Shown piece by piece: positions 24,016 to 35,755 of a DNA stretch of 64,000 bases; the first letter of the stretch is position 1; every line of letters begins with the position of its first letter. Position numbers and translations under genes: made by a program. Origin of the DNA: Sphaerodactylus townsendi (lineage: Eukaryota); the NCBI RefSeq assembly GCF_021028975.2, contig NC_059425.1:26040001-26104000 (forward strand), given 5' to 3'. Under the pieces are notes generated by a model. The model did no database searches. It saw nothing but the letters and a program-made list of their open reading frames with translations, and was not told where the DNA came from.

Positions 24016-24383
24016 AGTTGCATAGCCCAAACTGCTTCTCTCCATGCCTTAGTACATCAATTTTTTTTAAATGTACTTCATTCATTGCTCACCTTTCTCC
24101 CCAGTGGGGAACTACGGCAGCTTAGTATGGTTCTCCTTGCCTCCATTTTGTCCTCCTAACAGCCCTGTGAGGTAGGTTCAGCTGAGAACATGTGACTGAC
24201 TTAAGGCTTCCACGGCAGAGCAGGGAATTGAAGCTGGGTCTCCCAGATCCTTCTCTGAGGACCCTGAAATATGAAAGTATCATGAGCACATACAGAACAT
24301 TCCTTCCTTGCTACCAGCAGGGATCAAGGTGGGTATAATGACCACCCCTCCCAGTTTCATAACATCCCATAGCAATGACAGAC

Positions 24384-24910
24384 TAGCCTGAGCTTGTCAG
24401 AACTCTGAAGCTAAGCAAGACCGGCCCTGGTTGGTATTTGGATGGGAGACCATCAAAGCAGTCCAGGGTCACTAAACAGAGGCAGGCAATGGCAAACCAC
24501 CTCTTACCTTGAAATCCCTATGAGAGCCAGCGTGATGTAGTGGTTAAGAGCAGACAGATTCTAATCTGAAGAACTGGGTTTGATTCTCCACTCCTTCACC
24601 TGAGAGATAGAGGCTTATCTGGTGAACCAGATGTGCTTCCCTACACCTACATTTCTGCTGGGTGACCCCACTGAGCAACCTCATTTGCTCTCACAACAGT
24701 TTCCAGGCCCCTGCACCACTTAGTTTGCTAGGCACAGTTCTCTCAGAACTGTCTCAGCCTCACCTACCTCGCAGGTGTCTGTTGTGAGGAGAGAAAGGGA
24801 AAGGAGCCTGTAAGCCACCTTGAGTCTCCTTACAGGAGAGAAAGGTGGGGTATAAATCCAAACTCTTCTTTTTCTATCAGTCAGGTGTGACTTGACGGCA
24901 TTTTATTATT
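24384..24910 (+). mobile_element. 5S-derived SINE split by a Squam3-like SINE (24522-24870), which itself carries a 63-bp templated insertion (24666-24728)
   Basis: 5S-like gaagctaagcaag...ctggttggtatttggatgggagacc head; tail ...gacttgacggcattt resumes after the inner SINE. Confidence 0.75.
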
Positions 24911-24994
24911 ACTGCCATGAGTGTAGAAGAAAAACTCATTTGGCTGTGAGCCGTGAAAATGGATTATGGTCATTACTGAAGTTCCTCCTCTATC

Positions 24995-25170
24995 CAGAGG
25001 TGGGATCCAACCAGAGAAGTGGTTACTAATTTTTTCTGAGTGCCGAGAAGGGGTTACTAAAGCAACCTCCCTGCCCAATAGGGATTGGAGGTGCGTGTGT
25101 GCGGTGGCGCCACTGTTTGAATCCCACCACCATCGGAACCTGTTATTAAAATTTTTGGATCCCACCACTG
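24995..25170. mobile_element. hAT-type MITE
   Basis: TIRs cagaggtgggatccaa / ttggatcccaccactg; degenerate 8-bp flanks cctctatc/cctatatg. Confidence 0.75.
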
Positions 25171-28100
25171 CCTATATGCCAGCAGAGTAGAACACCAGAG
25201 ATGACCCCCACCCCTTCCTTTTCAGCCCGGGGAGGGCCATCTCCTAGTAAACCAGGGCAGAGAGTGCATGTCCAGGTTTTGTTGATTTTGGCTGTGTGTT
25301 ATCAGGGAGTCAGGATCTGGACACCTGCTTCCTGGCCTGGAGCCCTTTTGTCTGCAATTTCACTGGGCCGGAAGAAGCCCAAGAGGCCTCCTCATATTTG
25401 ATTCTGCTGTAGTTCTACGTTCCGGTTCTCAGCCAGGCGCACTCCTAGGAATGAAGAGGAGCTTGCTAACCAAGTGGGAGTCTGCACCTCAGCCCTAGTA
25501 AATGAGCCAAGAGCCACATGACCACAAAGTTATCAGTAAGACCTGTGATTTAAGTCTCACTTTCCCCACACTAAATGTAGACTATCATCAAAACAGTTTC
25601 AGGATCAAGAAGCTACAGTCTGGCAGAAGATTTCTGCCATGAGTTTTGCATACTGTCCGTTGTGGGTAAAATGAGGAACTGTAAGTTTGCAAGATTTCTT
25701 CCTTCTGTGGAATAGTTACCCTGCCCCACTGCCCAGTTACTCCGTGCTCTCAATTGCTACCTGCGCAGAAATGTGTACAGTGCAGTTCCTCCTGTGCATC
25801 TTTGCTGGTGTAAGGCCTCCGCAACTCAGCACGCTAAGTAATTCTGCACATGGCTGGGCTATTAGATCGATTCAACATATTGTTTTTTAATCCATGAAAT
25901 CTGTATACAAGCAAAACAAGAATTACGAAATGGGGGGCTTTTAACAATTACGCACTGCACAGCTGCAGAGGATGCATTCTGTCTCCTGGTATTTTGAGTA
26001 AATGGTATTAAATATATTTTTAAACGTTTTTTAGAAAAATCTATTGCCTGCTTTTCGGGGGGGGCAATAATTACAGGTAATCAGCAAAGGTTATACCCAC
26101 AAAAGTAAAATTGGAAGCGCGATGTAAAAAACAAGCAAATCAATCTTCTCGTCCTGAGCCACCTCTCCATGGCTGATTGCTCCTCCCAACCCCAATATAT
26201 CAATATTAAGTTTAGCACTGAAAGAAAAAGAGTCTCAGCATCCACTTCTTTCTTCATCCCTCCTAAAATATTCTACAGCTGACTTTGTCAACTAAATGCA
26301 TCCTTTTTCCCCTTTCTAGGACATTTCTCAAAGTTCAAATGGGTGAATCATAGGGAATTCTTTCCACCACTATGGTTCAAGTCAAAGAAAATCTCCTTTT
26401 AGGTTTTGGAGCAAAGTGCCCCTGAGCATATGCAGAATGCACAATCCCCACTGAGCAACCTCATTTGCTCTCACAACAGTTTCCAGGCCACTGCACCACT
26501 TAGTTTGCAAATGAGGGACAACTGAATGCTAAAGGGTTAAGCTCCAGATAAGAGCCACCAAAGGGTAAACAAGGATCTCGCTAACAGTTGCAGAATTTAA
26601 GGCACCCACCCACTCCAGAACCTAGACACTTTCAGACAAGGTGAAAGTGATTCTTCCTTCCCCAGCAACAATTTAAAACATTTATCCGATTCCTAAACAG
26701 ATTTCTTGCACCCATGCTGCTAGTGGACTCTTTTGACCCCCTTCCAGTTCTTAGTAGCAGATATCAGCAAAATCACGCACTGCATCCTTTAACCCGCAAG
26801 GCAACAGGATATTGCCTCCGCCCCAGATTTGGCTGTATCCTGGAAGAGAGATCTTGAAGTCCTTGAGGGGGGACAGGAAGCGGTTTCCCCGGCCTCAGTT
26901 TCCTGATATCCAAGGCTGTCTCCAGGAACAATAAAGTGGCTGATTCATTTGGCTTCCAATTATGTTTCACTGACCACAGGAAGAGTTCAGTGCAGACCAA
27001 AAACTTATTACTTCCATCAACAGCAGTTCTTCTAATAAAAGGCATCCAACAGTGTTGCATTCTCCATGTGTGACTGACACAGTGGCCTCCCTCAGAAATA
27101 AATCTTATACTTCATAGATACACAAATTCAGTTCCAGATATATGCCTTGCAGGTCAAGTGGAGGGGGGTTCCTAGGACTACTGTTTTTGAAATTCTCAGG
27201 GAAAGAGATGTCTGGTCTCCATACTGCGGAAAGAATACTGCAGAGCTGGGAAAAGTGCAGATGAGAGCAGGTTTATATAATTACACATGAAACAGAGCAA
27301 ACGGATAGAGCAAACCTTTCCACCCGCTCTGATAATAACAGAATATAGGGGCACCCAACGATGGGCAAGACAACAGAAAATATTTCTTTAGGAGTAATTA
27401 AACTATGGAAATCACTGCCAGGGGAAGAAATGATGGCCAGGAGCATGAATGGCTTTAAGAGGGGCTTTGAGATTCATGCAGGAGATCCATCAATGGCAAC
27501 AAACTATGGTGAGTAAAGAGAATCCCCACCTAGCAAGCATTGGAGAACCAGTCCTAAAGAGATGGGATGTGCTTCGAGGCACTGTATGTTGGCTCTCCAG
27601 GACAACCAGGTGGTCACTGTGTGAAATGGGATGCTGGAGTGGATGGACCACTGGTCTGACGAAGCAGTGCTCTTATGTTCGTTTATGCCCCCCGCCTCCC
27701 ACTTATTCCCTAGGGGGGAGGAATGCAGGGCATTCCTCTGGAGGCCCGGACTCCTATATAGAAAGCACTGTGAGTGGGCCAGTGGTTTTATATAGGATTC
27801 TCCTCTCATATGATGTTCTTAACAGTTGGGCTACTGCTGTTTAAGAGAAGGGAGTCTCTTGCCCTTTACAACAGCCCCATTCAGCTGTAGTTCCAAGGAG
27901 AGGCTCCGTCATGGGTGTGGTTTTGGATGCAGGATTTCAACATGTGGTATTAAAACCAGAAATAGGGTAGGATAAAAGAACGTAACTCTCTAAATAAGCC
28001 TCTCTATATGTTTGAGTCTCTTGTTCCCTCCCCCAAGTCCAGTTGAAGATCACAAGTCAAATGTAAGTACCCCTCAGCATCATACATAGTTCAGAATTCC

Positions 28101-28959
28101 TCCTTTCCCTTTGCTCAGCACTCCCACAGGTATATAATTACTTCCAGACAACTGGAGTCACTCATGCTGCCTTCCCCACCCTTATTGCCTCCCACAATCA
28201 GTGCATTTAAAAAAAAGAATCTTGTGGTACCTTAAAGGCTTGCAGATTTATTACGGCACAAGCCTTCTGTTTGTCTTTAAGATGCCCAAAGACACTTTTA
28301 AGTAAAATTTGGATGCTCGACAGAATAACACTGCTATCCCTCTGTAATTTGCATCTGAGATGTTCAGTCTTTGTGGAGTGGGGAGAGCTACTCTCCATTC
28401 TGGATCGTTCATCACCAAGGTCAGCAGGGAGAAGTTCACAGCCCAAACAATTCCCAAAATCTAACCCGGGCAACTGCATTGACAGCAAAGATGTAAAAGA
28501 CTTCTGTGAAATCACGAAGTTTGCTACATTAAACAAAACACATTTGGTGCTGCCAAAATGTCCGTCTCCAGTCCTGGTGGTCATTCCTGAACATTATGAG
28601 GCAGGATCCCTTCTTCAGCATATCGGTTGTGAAGAAATGCATCCTTGGGCCAGAGCCGTTTATCAGTCCATGTCAGGGTGTAGCGGGGAAGCATCTCCCC
28701 TATTGATCCAAAGGACGTCCACAAGACAGATACTGACAGCAGCAGCAGCACTTGGCTTCCCGCCTCACATTATGGCTTCACAAACAGAGTTCAGTGCATC
28801 CTCAAACGCCTGCTGCATTCAGCAGAGTGCAGATGTATCCCATAATAAGTTCACATGTCCATGTGATGTTGTTTTTTCAATCGTGGTGAGGATACTCCCA
28901 CCTTCACCAAATCCACCCGTTTCAGCTACTGGGATGATGGGGCAAGCGGAAGGGAGGGA

Positions 28960-30240
28960 AAGGCGGGCAAGCTCACCGGCTTCCTCGAGGAGAGGGTCTG
29001 AGGTGTGGCCCTTTTTGTCCCAAGCCGGGATAGGCTGGCAGGCGCCACCCCCTGGCCCCCACGCGTGGGCCGGCCGGCCGGGCTGCCGGCTAGTCGTCGG
29101 GGGAGCAGGCGGGGTGCAGCTGGTCCGGGCTGCCGACGCTGCCGGTGCTGGAGCTGCCGTCGCCCAGGTCTCGGGGCCCGCAGGGCAGGCTGAGCTCGGA
29201 GGAGCCGCCGCCGGGGCTGGGGGTGGCGTCGGGGCGGGCGGAGGCGCACTCGTCCTCGAGGGCCAGGCACAGCTCCTTGAGCTCCAGGTTGTCCTTGGCC
29301 AGGCGCTCCTGCAGGCCCTCCAGGCCGGCCAGCTTGCGCAGGCAGGCGGCCACCTCGTCGCGCAGCACCTGCGCCGCGTGGTGCCCGAAGAGCTGCCAGT
29401 GGCGCGCCAGGCGCTTGGCCTTGAGCCGGTCCTCGTCCAGGAAGCAGCACAGGTCGCGCAGCTCGCGGTTCTCGGCCTGCAGGCGCCCGTTGACGGCCTT
29501 CAGCTCGCGGATCTCGCGCAGGTGCTCCTGCAGCTGCCGGTTCACGCCCTGGATCAGGCGGCCGCGCTGCACCAGCGCCGCCAGCTTCTCGGCCTCCTCG
29601 TGGCGCAGGCGGCGCACCAGCTCCTCTTTGCTGCAGCCGCCCAGCTCCGCGTCGCTCAGCTCCGCCACCGGCGTCGCCGCCACCGCCGCCGACGGAGGGG
29701 CCTCCGGGCTCGGCGGGGCTGCCCCGGGCGGCGTGGCCTCGCGGGCCGGGAACATCGCCGGGGCGCACGGAGCGGGGCTGCCCCGCGGCTGGCGCTCACC
29801 TCCACCCAGGGCGCGGCGGGGGCGGCTGCGGCATCTCCGGCTCGCCTCCCTCAGCTGCTGCAGCAGGACATCCTGCCGGGCTTGCCCCTTCCTCGGGCTA
29901 ACGGGACTCGGTCGCTGCAAATGCGCGGGTTCAACGGCGGGGGAGCAGGTGCCGACTTGGAGAGGGCGCGCCTGCGCCGAAGGAGTGAGTGGGGGCGAGG
30001 GAGAAAACGTGCGAGACCCCCCAGGCAAGGGAGGGGGCGGGAGACGCGGCGCTGCGCAGCGCCCTGGAGGGAATTGGTGCTCGGACGACGAGGCAGGCGG
30101 GGTCCGGGTGGGCGGGTGGAGAGAAGGGGAGGCCTGCAAACCCCCGGGAGGAGCGGCTGCTGTTGCGGCGGCGTGTTGAACTCCGGCCAGTTTGCGATTA
30201 GCAGGGCTGCCCCCCGCAGGCACGATGAGAATTTAATCCG
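28960..30240. promoter_or_regulatory. CCDC85B: CpG island covering the CCDC85B CDS, 5' UTR and promoter
   Basis: Very high GC and CpG density compared with the flanks; several GGGGCGG-type boxes. Confidence 0.85.
29090..29755 (-). CDS. CCDC85B: Coiled-coil domain-containing 85B (DIPA), single coding exon, 221 aa
   Basis: ATG (plus CAT 29753-29755, context gcgATGt); ELSDAELGGCSKEELVRRLR...LQAENRELRDLCCFLD...CGPRDLGDGSSSTGSVGSPDQLHPACSPDD* is the CCDC85B signature; position between FOSL1 and FIBP as in mammals. Confidence 0.96.
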   Translation of the reverse strand: MFPAREATPPGAAPPSPEAPPSAAVAATPVAELSDAELGGCSKEELVRRLRHEEAEKLAALVQRGRLIQGVNRQLQEHLREIRELKAVNGRLQAENRELRDLCCFLDEDRLKAKRLARHWQLFGHHAAQVLRDEVAACLRKLAGLEGLQERLAKDNLELKELCLALEDECASARPDATPSPGGGSSELSLPCGPRDLGDGSSSTGSVGSPDQLHPACSPDD

Positions 30241-30360
30241 GATTAAGGAAAATCTACCAACCTCTGATTCCTAGAGCATTGCATAGCAGAACATGCAATA
30301 CAACAGTTACATTTGAGGCCAGCACCTTAGAGATCAACAGTTTTCCACAGTCCAAACACA

Positions 30361-30465
30361 CCTGTGAAGAGAAGATGCCAGCAGCCGCAGATACAGGTGG
30401 AAACCTGAGGAGCTAAAACCACCAGACCAGGGCCACACAACACAGAAAACCTTCAACAACCAGTG
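30361..30465 (+). mobile_element. Decayed Penelope-like pLTR fragment with a disrupted hammerhead motif
   Basis: gaagatgccagcagccgcagatacaggtggaaacctgaggag...ggccacacaacacagaaaacc parallels the reverse complement of 30774-30895. Confidence 0.6.
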
Positions 30466-30773
30466 AAAACTCCCACAATAGAGTTTTGACTCTTGAAAGC
30501 TGACAGCCTATGGCCAGTCTTTGAAATGAACCTGGACTCAAATCTAGCTGAATCCCTGATTCTGTCTCCTTTTTTTTTTTAACCCTTTAGGATAAACGAA
30601 GACAGTGCAAAAACACATCAGGACCGGATCTGTCCTGCAAAAACTCATACTATGCCAATCCACTTCAGGCAAAGTTCCTGCAGTTTAAACCCACTGAATT
30701 CAGTGGGCTGAAACAGAGGGGGTAATTTGGCATAGGGATTACATGTTTATTATTTTAGGTGAATGAATCTGGA

Positions 30774-30895
30774 ATTGTCGAAGGCTTTCATGGCCGGAAT
30801 CACAGGGGTGTTGTGGGGTTTCCGGCCTTTATGGCCATGTTTCTAGTAGCATTTTCTCCTGATGTTTCACCTGCATCTGTGGCTGGCATCTTCAG
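30774..30895 (-). mobile_element. Penelope-like retroelement pLTR fragment containing a minimal hammerhead ribozyme motif
   Basis: Minus strand CTGAAGA-T-GCCAGC-CACAGAT-GCAGGT-GAAA-C-ATC-AGGAG...ccggccatgaaagccttcgacaat; the same 3' end occurs on plus at about 32370-32438. Confidence 0.7.
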
Positions 30896-30914
30896 ATGGC
30901 TCATCTTCATCTTG

Positions 30915-32340
30915 AAAAGAAGTGCCACAGGTTTCTGTCCTGAGCCCAGGGCTATTCAATAATTGTATCAAATACTTCGATGTTAGAATAGAGGGCATGC
31001 TAATCAAATTTGCAGATGCTACCAAATTAGGAGCAGTCGCTAATACCCCAGGGGAGAGTCAGAATTCCAAATTACCTGAACAGATTAGAGAGCCGGGCCA
31101 AAACTAATAAAATAAATTTCAACAGAAATAAATGTAAGATTCTACACTTAAAACAGAAAAAATGCATGCACAGATATAGGATGGGTGACACTTGGCTTGT
31201 CAGCAGTAGGGATGTGAAAGGGATCTGGGAGTCTTAGTAGACCACAAACTGAACATGAGTCAGCAGTGTGATGTGGCAGCCAAGAAAGCCAATGCAATGT
31301 TGGGCTGTATCAATAGAGGTATAGTGTCTAGATTAAGGGATGTAATAGCACCACTATATTCTGCATTGGTCAGACCTCACCTGGAACACTTTGTCCAGTT
31401 CTGGGCACTACAATTCAAGAAGGATATCGACAAGCTGGAACTGGTCCAGAGGAGGGTGATTGAAATTGTTAAAGCTCTGTAATCCATGCCCTGTGAGGAG
31501 AAACTTAGGGAGCTAGGTATGTTTAGTCTGGAGGAGGGAAAGTTAGGCGTGTGTGTGTGACAGGATAGCCATATTTAAATATTTGAAGGAATGTCATGTT
31601 GAAGAGAGAGCAAGCTTGTTTTCTGCTACTCTAGAGACTAGGACAAGGAGTTATGGGTTCAAGGTACAGGAAAAGAGATCCCAGCTAAACATTAGGAAGA
31701 AATTCCTGATGGTGAGAGCTGTTTGACAGTGGAATACACTGCCTTGATGTGTAGTGGAGTCTCCTTCTTTGGAGGGTTTTAAGCAGGTACTATATGGCCA
31801 TCAGGGGCGTAGCTGGGCCAAACTGCGCCCGGTGCACATTCTATATTTTCCGCCCCCATGGCCCCCCCTGTGGTGCCCCTCCGGTGGCATCTCCCCTTCC
31901 CCATACACTTGCATGGATTTCCTTTCCTTTTTTTCTGCAGAACTTTAGGCTGCAAAAGAGCCTGTTCACAGTAAAATGGCCTGATAGGGAACTATACTTT
32001 CCAAGGATACCTTTGCTTGAGCCCCAAGATCTCCTGGGAACTGTAGTTCCCTCAGGGCGTTTTACACTGCAAACTGGCTTTTTGCAACCTGATAATGTTC
32101 TTGATGAGGAAAGGAACTAAGAGGAAGTGATGAGACAGGGTATGAATTACTACAGAGTGAGAAAGGGGGAGAGACTAGGTGGGAATTTTCCGTCGCCCGG
32201 TGATTTTTATGCACACACCGCCCCCTTGTAATTCCGCCACTGACGGCCATCTGTCAGGAGTGCTTTAATTGTATGTTCCTGCATGGCAGGCGGTTGAACT
32301 CAATGGCCCTTGTGGTCTCTTCCAACTCTATGAATCTGTG
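30915..32340 (+). mobile_element. CR1 LINE 3' portion (decayed ORF2 RT C-terminus and 3' UTR), interrupted by a hAT MITE
   Basis: LIKFADATKL and [44 protein letters not shown]...QFWA are CR1 ORF2 motifs; ends ...cttccaactctatgaatctgtg. Confidence 0.9.
31802..32242. mobile_element. hAT MITE nested in CR1
   Basis: Ends caggggcgtag / attccgccactg; 8-bp TSD atggccat/acggccat; CR1 sequence resumes exactly after it. Confidence 0.8.
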
Positions 32341-33901
32341 TTGCTGGTGATCAAGATCAAGTTAGGTGGTCTGGCCACATAGCCCGGAAAACCCACCAGA
32401 ACCAGTTGAATCCGGCCATGAAAGCCTTTGACAATACAAGATCAAGTTTTCATGCCATTCCTGATTATAATGAATGGGTGTAAAATTTGGATGATTAAGA
32501 AAGCTGAGAGGGAAAAAATTGATTAATCTGAAATGTGCTGGGTGACCTTGGGCTAGTCACAGTTCTCTTCAAACACTCTCAACTTCACACCTACCTCACA
32601 AGGCATTTGTAGTGGGGAGAGAAAGGGAGTTTGTAAGCTGCTTCAATATTCTTTACATTTGAGAAAAGCAGGGTATAAATCCAAACTCTTCCTCTGTCTT
32701 GTGGCACCTTAAATACATTTTTAAACATTCTGCCCATGAAAACTTGAAACAAAAAAACTTGTCTGTCTTTAAGATGCCCTGTTTCTCCCAATTATGAATG
32801 AGAATGATACTTTGAGGCTGTAGGACACATAGTAGGGAGGATTTTTTTGTAATGTAATGCCCAATGAGATACCTACCTAAATGTTTTCACAGACTGTATA
32901 TCTTGGAAATTTTTATTGATCTTTAGATGCTACTGGACTTGAATTTTGTTCTTGGGCTGCGGTTAGACCAGTATTTCTGATGGACTGGAACATATCTTTT
33001 GCACACTACACATGCACGTATTAAATCTTCATGTTAGAATAATCCATCTTTAATAAGGTATTTTATGGAATATCCATTGCATTTTCCCTGCAGAAACCTG
33101 AGCAAATCCTCTTTCAAGGGCATTTAGGTAGCTCCAAGGACTGTCTGAGAAAATAATAGCTCACATCTGCTGGTGTTTTACTGGGGAGCAGGAATGCATT
33201 GTTGTTTTTACATTACAAAAGTATCGCTAAGAGTCTATCACTGCCAAAAACAACCATCTTGGGACATCTTAAACACGAACGCATTTACTGTGGCATCAGG
33301 TTTTGTGAACCATTTCACCAGAAGTATGAACTGGTATGTCAGTTGGCATGCATACATGTGCACATGCACATATGGGAAAATCAGCAGAAGGACAGCTGTT
33401 TAAATGCTTTGCACTAAAAATGCCCGAGATTGATCCTAGGACCTTCTGCAAAGCAGAAATTGACCTCTGAACCTCAGCCCTTCCCTGTTCTCGACTCCAG
33501 CTGCATTTTTGGCCTTGAGGACTATGCTGTGTTCAGGTTCCTCCCAAAGCATTTTGGTGAGTCAGCAATTATTCAGAGGACAATATAGGCAATTATTTAA
33601 CTTGAGTCGGCATCAGGAATAGAATCTGACCCATGCGCACTATCTCAGGGCCTCGCTGGCTTTCTCAAAGAAAAGCTGCTTTTGAGAAAAGAAAATTCTA
33701 TGTAGAAGCATGATTTGTAACCCCATGTGGACTGAGGGTGCATGGCTAAGACCTAAACCACCCAGGGCTGGTAACTTTGGAAGCAGCATGAGAAAGGGGT
33801 GCCTGACAGAAATGGACATCTGGGAAAATATGCTGTGCAGCCATGGAAGTATGAATGGAAGAGGAATGGGCGGTTGGGACCATTGTTACTTGTGCAGTTC
33901 C

Positions 33902-34888
33902 CAGGGATGTAGGTATAGATTTTTATGGGGGGGATTTGGGGGGCCACGCCCCCACGAGCCCCTGGGAGTGTGGCCATGCCTTCCCAAGCCCCTCCTTGGC
34001 CTCAGTGCTTATAAAAGCAGCTCTCCGAGGCCAGGGATGGCAAACTCCCCTGCCCTCCCCGCCCCCCGGATGGGCTCCCAGCTGGCAGTCCCTTCTGCCC
34101 TCCCCTCCGGGCAGAGGCGTAGCTAGGGAAAATGGAGCCTGGTGCAAAATCTGAGTTTTGCGCCCCCCCTCCCCCACAGACAGCCACTGTGATGCTGGAA
34201 TCCACCCATAAACAGCATCATTTTCAATGGTGTTTTAACTAGGGAGCCCAAATTATCCTTTTAAATCCACCTTAAAGGGATAATCTGGGGTCCCCAGTTA
34301 AAACAACATTGAAAATGATGCTGTTTTGGGGTGAATTCTCCCCTACCCTGAACAGCATCACTTTCAATGTTTAAACTGGGGACCTCAGATTCTCCCTTTA
34401 AATCTGTGCTGAAGGGGGTGGGTTTAAAAAAAGAATCTGGGGAAATTTGGGGGGGGGTGCCTGCTGTCAGGGGTGCAATTGTTAAGCTAGCAGCACCAGA
34501 ATTTTGCAGTATCCTGATGATACCACCCAGGTTTGGTGAAGTTTTGTTCAGGGGGTTATGGACTCTCAAAGGTGTAGCCCCCATCTCCTATTAGCTCCCA
34601 TTGAAAACAATGAGGGATGGGGCATCCCCTTTGGGAGTCCATAACTTTGGACCCCCTGAACCAAACCTCAGCAAACTTGGGTGATATCATCAGGAGAGTC
34701 TCCCAAACAATCCCTGAAATTTTGGTGATGCTAGAGGCTAGCCTAAAAACTGCGCCCCTTGCAGGCCAAAAACTGGGGGGAAAAACACTTTAAAAATACA
34801 AAAAACCCACAAATGGGGCGGAGCGTCAGACATGTAATGGGGGGTTTAAACCTGGGAAACCCCCCACCCCACTTTACCTACATCCTTG
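33902..34888. mobile_element. hAT-type non-autonomous element of about 1 kb
   Basis: TIRs cagggatgtaggta / tacctacatccttg; 8-bp TSD gcagttcc/gcaattcc; a second TIR-like start (cagaggcgtagctag) at 34112. Confidence 0.75.
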
Positions 34889-34987
34889 GCAATTCCAGTC
34901 CAGTTCTAGTGGACCTCTGGTTTCTAACAGCAGCATAGGATGGAGTTATATGGCTCAGCCTGCTTTTGGCTGTCAGTAGCTGCTAAC

Positions 34988-35755
34988 TGTGACCCTGGGT
35001 AGGTTAAAGGCCAACATGACTCTGGAGGGTTCTAACTAGGTGATTTCAGAGTTAAATTCAGAAGGGCGGCTAATGGCTAGATTTCTCAGGGAGAGTAGTA
35101 GAACTTTGTGGAAGATCATTGTAACTCCAGGAGTTAGTGGTAAGCTACAGATGTCTCCGTCTGTAGCCAAGATACCCTGTGGGTGAGACAGTCCCAAACG
35201 GGTTTCTGGCACTAGAGATATTCTCTCTGGAAAAAAAACCTTTTCCCTCTTAATGTTCTCTTATCTTTGACTAATGCACTTTGGGAGCAGGTTGTTTATA
35301 AGATAGATTAATGCACCTGGTACTGGAATGTAGGGAGTTTCTGGTACCAGACACTTGCTGCTTTGCACAGTTTATCAGTTGGCTTTGGAACATATAACTA
35401 CCTTCCAAGGCTAGCTGCAGGAATAACATGCATACACACGGGCGGGTGAACACTTAGAATAGGATATAAGTTCCTGAATGTCACTTTTTCTTCCTGGACC
35501 TCAGCTCAGTGAAGGGACACTGAGCACACCACTCAACACTTGGATTCTGCCCGCTGTCATTCGTCAGGATTCCTTTGGCAGAAGGGGCATGCATATATTC
35601 TCTGTTTTAGTCTGTTTTTCCTGGTGAGTTGTTGATATTCATTACTACTGAGATTTCAATAAAGATTGTTTTTCTTCACTGCTGGTGTGCTTATTGTCTT
35701 CAAATTCCTCAGTGGAAAAGAACCTCTTTGATGCAGGGAAGGAGCAGTCTCCATG
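34988..35755 (+). mobile_element. Possible decayed solo LTR
   Basis: TATA-like gatataag near 35463, followed about 195 nt later by AATAAA and a U5-like T-rich tract; termini and TSD not resolved. Confidence 0.3.

Noticed and set aside
24384-24450. Apparent 5S rRNA gene
   Set aside because: Partial and diverged, and fused to a SINE body and tail
28926-29768. 280-aa alternative-frame ORF overlapping CCDC85B on minus (and the 344-aa plus ORF 29145-30179)
   Set aside because: No ATG, low-complexity Arg/Gly/Pro/Ser composition, expected from extreme GC at third codon positions
31255-31482. ORFs at 31255 and 47276 as possible host genes
   Set aside because: CR1 ORF2 C-terminal fragments, 5'-truncated or frameshifted
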